Of a DNA stretch of 64,000 bases, positions 58,522 through 64,000 are shown piece after piece. The translations under genes were made by a program, and so were the position numbers. Source of the DNA: Phoronis australis (taxonomy: Eukaryota > Animalia > Phoronida); NCBI GenBank assembly GCA_002633005.1, contig NMRA01000778.1, positions 62,001 through 126,000 on the forward strand, read 5' to 3'. Each line of letters begins with the position of its first letter. The stretch's first letter is position 1. The notes under the pieces were generated by a model. The model searched no databases and had not been told where the DNA came from. It worked only from the letters and a program-made list of their open reading frames with translations.

Positions 58522-58579
58522 GACTCGAAATCACGACCTGGCGGATAGAGCGCGCGTGCTTTACCACTACACCACTACG
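58522..58579 (-). mobile_element. tRNA-derived SINE head or tRNA pseudogene
   Basis: Minus strand cgtagTGGTGTAGTGGtaaagcacgcgcgctc...gatTTCGAGTC: A-box and degenerate B-box; no complete cloverleaf. Confidence 0.5.
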
Positions 58580-58970
58580 ATTCCACTCGGCGTAATTTGG
58601 TTCTCAGGCAGAGACCTACTTGTTTATGGTCCACAGCGTTTGCGCGCGAAACCTACATGTACTTCTTTTTGTAATGGTTAATATATTTTTTATACTTTGT
58701 GCAATCAGTTCGTAACAAATTTGTTGTATTTAAAATAGTCTTCAATTTCCCAAAAGACCAAATCCGTTTTCTTGTGTTGGCATTAAAGGCGAAGGCAACC
58801 TTTTTCCATGTCATTTTGAGCTAAAATAAGGTTGGTTGGTTATCCTAGACATATTTTTCACTTAATTACAGCTTTTCGTAATTTTATTAATTATTCGTCC
58901 GCTTTTCCGGAAGTGACGTTTTAGGAGGCAAGCGCTTCCCGCCAATTTCTTTTCACATAGTCTGACTGTG

Positions 58971-59131
58971 NNNNNNNNNNNNNNNNNNNNNNNNNNNNNN
59001 NNNNNNNNNNNNNNNNNNNNNNNNNNNNNNNNNNNNNNNNNNNNNNNNNNNNNNNNNNNNNNNNNNNNNNNNNNNNNNNNNNNNNNNNNNNNNNNNNNNN
59101 NNNNNNNNNNNNNNNNNNNNNNNNNNNNNNN
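58971..59131. other. Assembly gap
   Basis: N run. Confidence 1.
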
Positions 59132-59339
59132 NTCACAATAAAATGGCTGCCGAAGGCAGTGCACATTTGAAATAACTCGGCACAAATTAAAGAAAACTTC
59201 CGAATCGATGAATGCGGTATATCTGTGAGAGTTAAATCGAATCCTATTCAGATCATAACTTTGAAGTGGAATAATTCGGTGAGTACAACAGCAAGTCGGT
59301 TTTATGCTTAGGCGGACGACCATTGGGTTCCCGAGTATA

Positions 59340-59735
59340 TATAATAGTGTATTGGGGACGAACAGAAGCTGAGGATGCCTGTGGGACAAATGCTAAGATC
59401 TATCCAAAGTTACGTGACCTCATTTAAAATTCACGGCAATATCTCAGGTAATTTGCAAATTCTTGCTTTTTAGTAGGTCCTAGCGTTACTGAACGGGAGG
59501 CATGATAGAATTTGATACTTAGCTGACTCGCTGCGAGAAAAGTCTTTCCAAAATCATGTTATATCTTTGAAAATACATGGCAGTATCTTACAGTCTTGCT
59601 TTTTAGCAATTGTCTTGGCATTGAATTGACTATACCACTGTCCCAACTGGTAGTAGAGACGGTGGCCATCCCATGGCGTGGTCGTGGCCGCACAGGCGTC
59701 CTCAGCTTCTGGTTGTCCCCAAATACAGTATAATA
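59340..59735. mobile_element. TIR element with about 40-50-bp inverted ends
   Basis: gtattggggacgaacagaagctgaggatgcctgtg / cacaggcgtcctcagcttctggttgtccccaaatac, in TA-rich flanks. Confidence 0.7.
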
Positions 59736-60114
59736 TATTTTACAAGATATGACACTCTTAACTAGGGATTAGACCAGTGCTTCACCTCAGCCGTCCCTAT
59801 CAAACACATTAACTCAAGAATTTTTCACAAAAAGAGGTTCAACAAACCATGAGCAATTGTTCTTTCTTTTGATAGCATTAACAGTGTCCTGCTTCAGTGA
59901 GTTTGCAACAAATTCGCGTTCAAAGCACAAAAATCTTCTCAAAAAGCCGATGCATGCTGTCGCCAGTGTCCCACGGAAATTGCCGATTTGCCACGGAAGG
60001 TCACGACGTCAGTAACTCCACACTTGGCCAGACCATTTCGTAACCTTCCGTGATGAACCGGCAATTGCCGTCCATGTGAAACTCATCAGAAAATTCCGTA
60101 CTGTACTTAAGTGA

Positions 60115-60690
60115 TATATATTTATTGAAGAATACACAGAACATGCATAGAAATAATAACAAACCCAGAAACCGCGAAGCATTATATTTGGGTTGTAAAC
60201 AATTCATAAATGAAACTAATATACATAGAGGTATATACAATTAAGTAGTATCTAAAATAAGTATTCCAATACTTAGATATGTAATTACAGATATAAAAAA
60301 ACAAAAATATGTAGGGAAATCAGATGCAATAATATTGATAAACGGTACATAAAAATTTACTAACGTTGCTTAGGAGGAATTCGTTGAGAACGAAGTCAAG
60401 GTTAGGACTACCATTCAGTAATAATGTAACTCTAGTAGGGATATTATTACAAGAATTGAGAGCGTTAACAATTGATTGGTTTTCATTGAGTGCACGAAAG
60501 AGTGAGTCTCTCAGGTATTCGATGAGGGGACATTTTAAGAAAATATGAGGATAAGATTGATGGTCACCACATTTACAGTTTGGAGAGACATTACTAAAGT
60601 TGTGCCTGAACTTGTCAGAGTTGAGGAAAAGGCCACATCTGTACTTGACCTTGAAGTGAAACCTGTGGCCATAGCCAGACCACGGGTGCT
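60115..60690 (-). mobile_element. 5'-truncated LINE (CR1/L2-like): ORF2 C-terminus plus 3' UTR
   Basis: Stop-free minus frame 60688-60320: YGHR...YRCGLFLNSDKFRHNFSNVSPNCKCGDHQSYPHIFLKCP...R...LLLNG (CCHC-type tail); AATAAA at 60126-60121. Confidence 0.8.
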
Positions 60691-60693
60691 TAT

Positions 60694-61057
60694 TTCATCT
60701 TATGTTTTCATTTATTCTTCATAAGAGATAAAGAATCTATAACCTTTATTTACACACCATGTTGGATCACCTTCTTAAAAATCTTGTTCAGTCTCGTCAA
60801 GTGCTATGTATCGCAGTTCTCAAGATCATAGCACTGGTCTTATGACTTTGGATTGCTTTGATTGGCTACTTTCTGACCTTCCACTGGGGGCCAATGGAAG
60901 CAATCCATGGTAGTAAGACCGACACTATGATTTTGAAAAACGCGACATGTAGTGACGAGATTGAATGAGGCATGCTGGAAATCAATCCAGTATTGTGTGA
61001 ATGAGGGTTACAGGCTACAGTCCCTTATATCTTATGAAGAGTAAATGAAAAGATGAA
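60694..61057. mobile_element. Old diverged foldback element
   Basis: ttttcatttattcttcataaga / tcttatgaagagtaaatgaaaa and tggattgctt / aagcaatcca mirrored about position 60875. Confidence 0.7.
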
Positions 61058-61477
61058 TGTAAGTAGCCCCTGTGAGCCAGACCCGCCATACACCCGAAAA
61101 TTTTCTCTGACATATGCCTCACACTGATTAAACTAAATGCACCTTTATCAGCCGCTCGACGTTTTACTAGAATAAAAAGAAAAGTTTACAACTGCTATCC
61201 ACTAATATAGCCTCCCACCAGCCACTTCCAGAACAACTTAAATCATGCCTGTCTCAGATAGTATCTGCGACTGTAATGCGTTCAGTAATTAATTTCTTGA
61301 CGTCAGCAAGAATAAGTTAAATTATCAGTAACTCCAGATTTTCTTAATACAGTTGCAAACATTCAATGTCAATACGTCTTCACCAACTCAAGTTTCCAAA
61401 AGTTCATTAATACCCATGCTTGTTTGGCAGCTCACGTCACAAGAATGCTTACATCAACTAAAAACAACAACATTGGT

Positions 61478-61722
61478 TCCAGGGTACATGGGGAGACTCA
61501 GGGTACATGAGGAAGCCCAGGTTACATGGGGAGGCCTGGGGTACACGGGGAGGCCCAGGGTACTTGGGGAGGCCTAGGGTACTTGGGGAGGCCTAGGGTA
61601 CATGGGGAGGTCCAGGGTACTTGGGGAGGCCCAGGGTACATGGGGAGGCCCAGGTTAAATGGGGAGGCCCAAGGTACATGGGGAGGCCCAGGTTACTTGG
61701 GGAGGCCCAGGGTACATGGGGA
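61478..61722 (+). repeat. 19-bp G-rich minisatellite (GGGTACATGGGGAGGCCCA), about 13 copies
   Basis: Direct reading. Confidence 0.95.
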
Positions 61723-64000
61723 AGCTTGTGACGATAAGTCACGATCTTGGTGAGCTCACCAGTGATGAGGTGAAAAACACATGAGCACCTGTGATTTTTG
61801 CTTATCAATACTGGCCATGCCACACAAAAATGACGATCAAGATGCAAACCGTCATCAAGTGAATGAATGTACTTCTTTGGTTGCTCGAGTTGGAAGAAAT
61901 TAAAGACATCAACGGCCGCCTGAGGTGTACCTGTTTGTGCAAAAGATACATATAGCAACATGACTTGATGGTTTCATGAGTGTGGGGCATAATTCGTGGA
62001 AAAGCTTCCGGCGTATGGAGAGCCTATGGCATGGCCAGCGTCTGTATAGCCTGTTGAGATGGTGACAGTGCACTTTATACAGTTTTCACTGAATAACTTA
62101 ATTGTTACAAATCAAAGAATGCAAACATGGCAAGTCTTCAACTGACTAGTCACACACTCTATTACCATTCAAGATTGCCATTCTCTGGTAAGGTCCTTCA
62201 AGGGTGAGCAAAGCAAAAGGGACAATTCGATTTGACATGTGATGACGGGTGTGCAATCAGAGAATATTTTTATCAGTTGTGAAGAAATGATAATTACGAA
62301 AATGATGCATTTATCAACTTTCGTCCTATTGTTTTGTCTGACTGAGAAAATTGCCGAACACAAGTAGGAAGAGTAAAATGTTTGCAAACTATAATTTTGT
62401 GCTACCCATTTAGTTGCAATAGCTGGCTACCAGCATGAAACATCCAGCCTGGGTAATATCAAGACGGAAAATCGGAACAGGAGAACATCAGATTCGGGAA
62501 CATCTGAGACCACCGGGTCTTCTAACCGCCATTGGTCTTGACTTCATCGCCAAATAAACACCCAGGTGCTTGATAGAACCGAGCTGGTGTACTGTTTTTA
62601 GCGCTGTCCCTGTTCTCGTTTGGTGTGGTGTGCAGGCGCAAGTATTCACACATGGATGGCTGGAGTAAGGTACATCAAACATTGGCAGCAGCATGTGATT
62701 GGCACATGTCTCAGGCGGTTGCGCACATACTCAGCCCCGGAAACAAAGGCTTGATAATTCCTTGACATCTCAAAACTAGTCTGTTGAAAGACAGGTTGTG
62801 GCCGTCGTTTGCAATTAATACAGTAGCTGTGTTTACATTTGCTGTCTTCTGCAATAAAAAATGAGACACCCATCACCAAAGGCTATTACTTGAGGGCATT
62901 TCCAAGTCACAATTGTCTGCCGGGACTTCATGCGCAAACAGCAGTACCGACCAGTGGATATTGTTAGTGTGTACCCATGACATCTGAATGAATCTCACAT
63001 TCAACTTAGCCGCAGATGTAAATGGCAGGGTATTACTGGGCTTCAGATTGTGACAAGTGCGTTTTTTGTGAAGTTTTTGCTAATGCATTTTGTGAGGATT
63101 ACCCTGTAGGCAATGATGACTCCATTTTAACATATTTTACATCCTAGTAAACACTGAGTCATCACATGGAACTTGTTTTTTAAGTCAAAGGCACAGTCTT
63201 CATAGGTAGACGAGAGCACATGCTGGTTGATGGTGAGGACCCTTGCAGTCCGGGTAAAGTTTCCAGGGAAATTTTAGCTTGTTCAGCACACAAGGTTGCA
63301 CAGTCAAGAGATTGTCGTAAACGTGCTGTGTTGATGGAAATTGTTTTAGGGTCATAAGCGACCCTGGAATATGTCGGACTGTGGCCAACTTAGTAAAATC
63401 ATATATTTAATAAGGAATAAGTTATCAGATTTTAGTGAAACTTTCAGATGCCATGGTCTACTCCAAAGTAATGAATAGTTGTAAAGACAGCAATAATAAT
63501 ATAGAACGAAAATTTTCACGATTTCTAATAGTATTAGAGACTGGAATAATAGTGTAGACTTGACATTTTTACCTCTAGCAAAATAATCTAATAGTAGAGA
63601 CTGGAAATTTGGGGAAAATTTAATGGATAGTATAGAGCGGAATAATGGTATTGATTGCCAATTTGTATAAATTTAACACTCTGGCCATTTTTAATGCACT
63701 GCAGAAGACGCCAACAAATGGTTGGTTGTACCAAAGGATATTTACTTGGGATACTAGTTTAAGTTTTGAAACTTAAAGCCGCATATTTCAATCAAAGAAT
63801 TAATTGTGCTGCTGTTGGTGATAGTTGGCTGGCAACAACAGATTTTCAGGCTGATTTGACTACTACAGCATGTCCTATTGGCCCTTAGAAACATATAGTC
63901 TGCAATGATATGTGATGCATGCCAGTGCCCCAGTGTTGCTCTTGTTGCTTTTTTGTAGACGCACTACTGGTTCCATTTCTTATGCGATCTGATTAAAATT

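Noticed and set aside
58522-58579. Functional tRNA gene
   Set aside because: B-box is degenerate and no acceptor stem is evident; treated as SINE-like.
61353-61753. Gly/Arg-rich ORFs
   Set aside because: Translations of the 19-bp minisatellite.

Overview
Eukaryotic, AT-rich, intron- and repeat-rich genomic DNA from a bilaterian invertebrate (taxon is inference), assembled as a draft with N gaps. It is not prokaryotic, and most ORFs in the six-frame track are spurious. There are three protein-coding genes on the + strand. (1) A choline transporter-like (CTL/SLC44A2/4/5-type) gene rebuilt by hand from about 20 GT-AG exons (2980-38474; exon 1 not found; about 716 aa seen). (2) A CPFC dithiol glutaredoxin with a probable mitochondrial presequence (45079-45492). 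(3) An 18-finger C2H2 zinc-finger gene (54264-56045), with a decayed paralogous copy upstream (47234-47890). The most interesting signal is the splicing architecture of the CTL gene: a clear pair of duplicated mutually exclusive exons (34589-34677 / 35540-35643), and candidate micro-exons (12, 53 and 21 nt) in an 8.2-kb intron that could rebuild the glycosylated Cys-containing loop in several ways, one exon being open in two frames. Two near-identical duplications abut assembly gaps and are most likely uncollapsed haplotypes. MITEs, foldback elements, a LINE 3' end, a tRNA-like SINE head and minisatellites are also present. All calls are by eye; no searches or computations were run, and I found no new enzyme or defence-type system.
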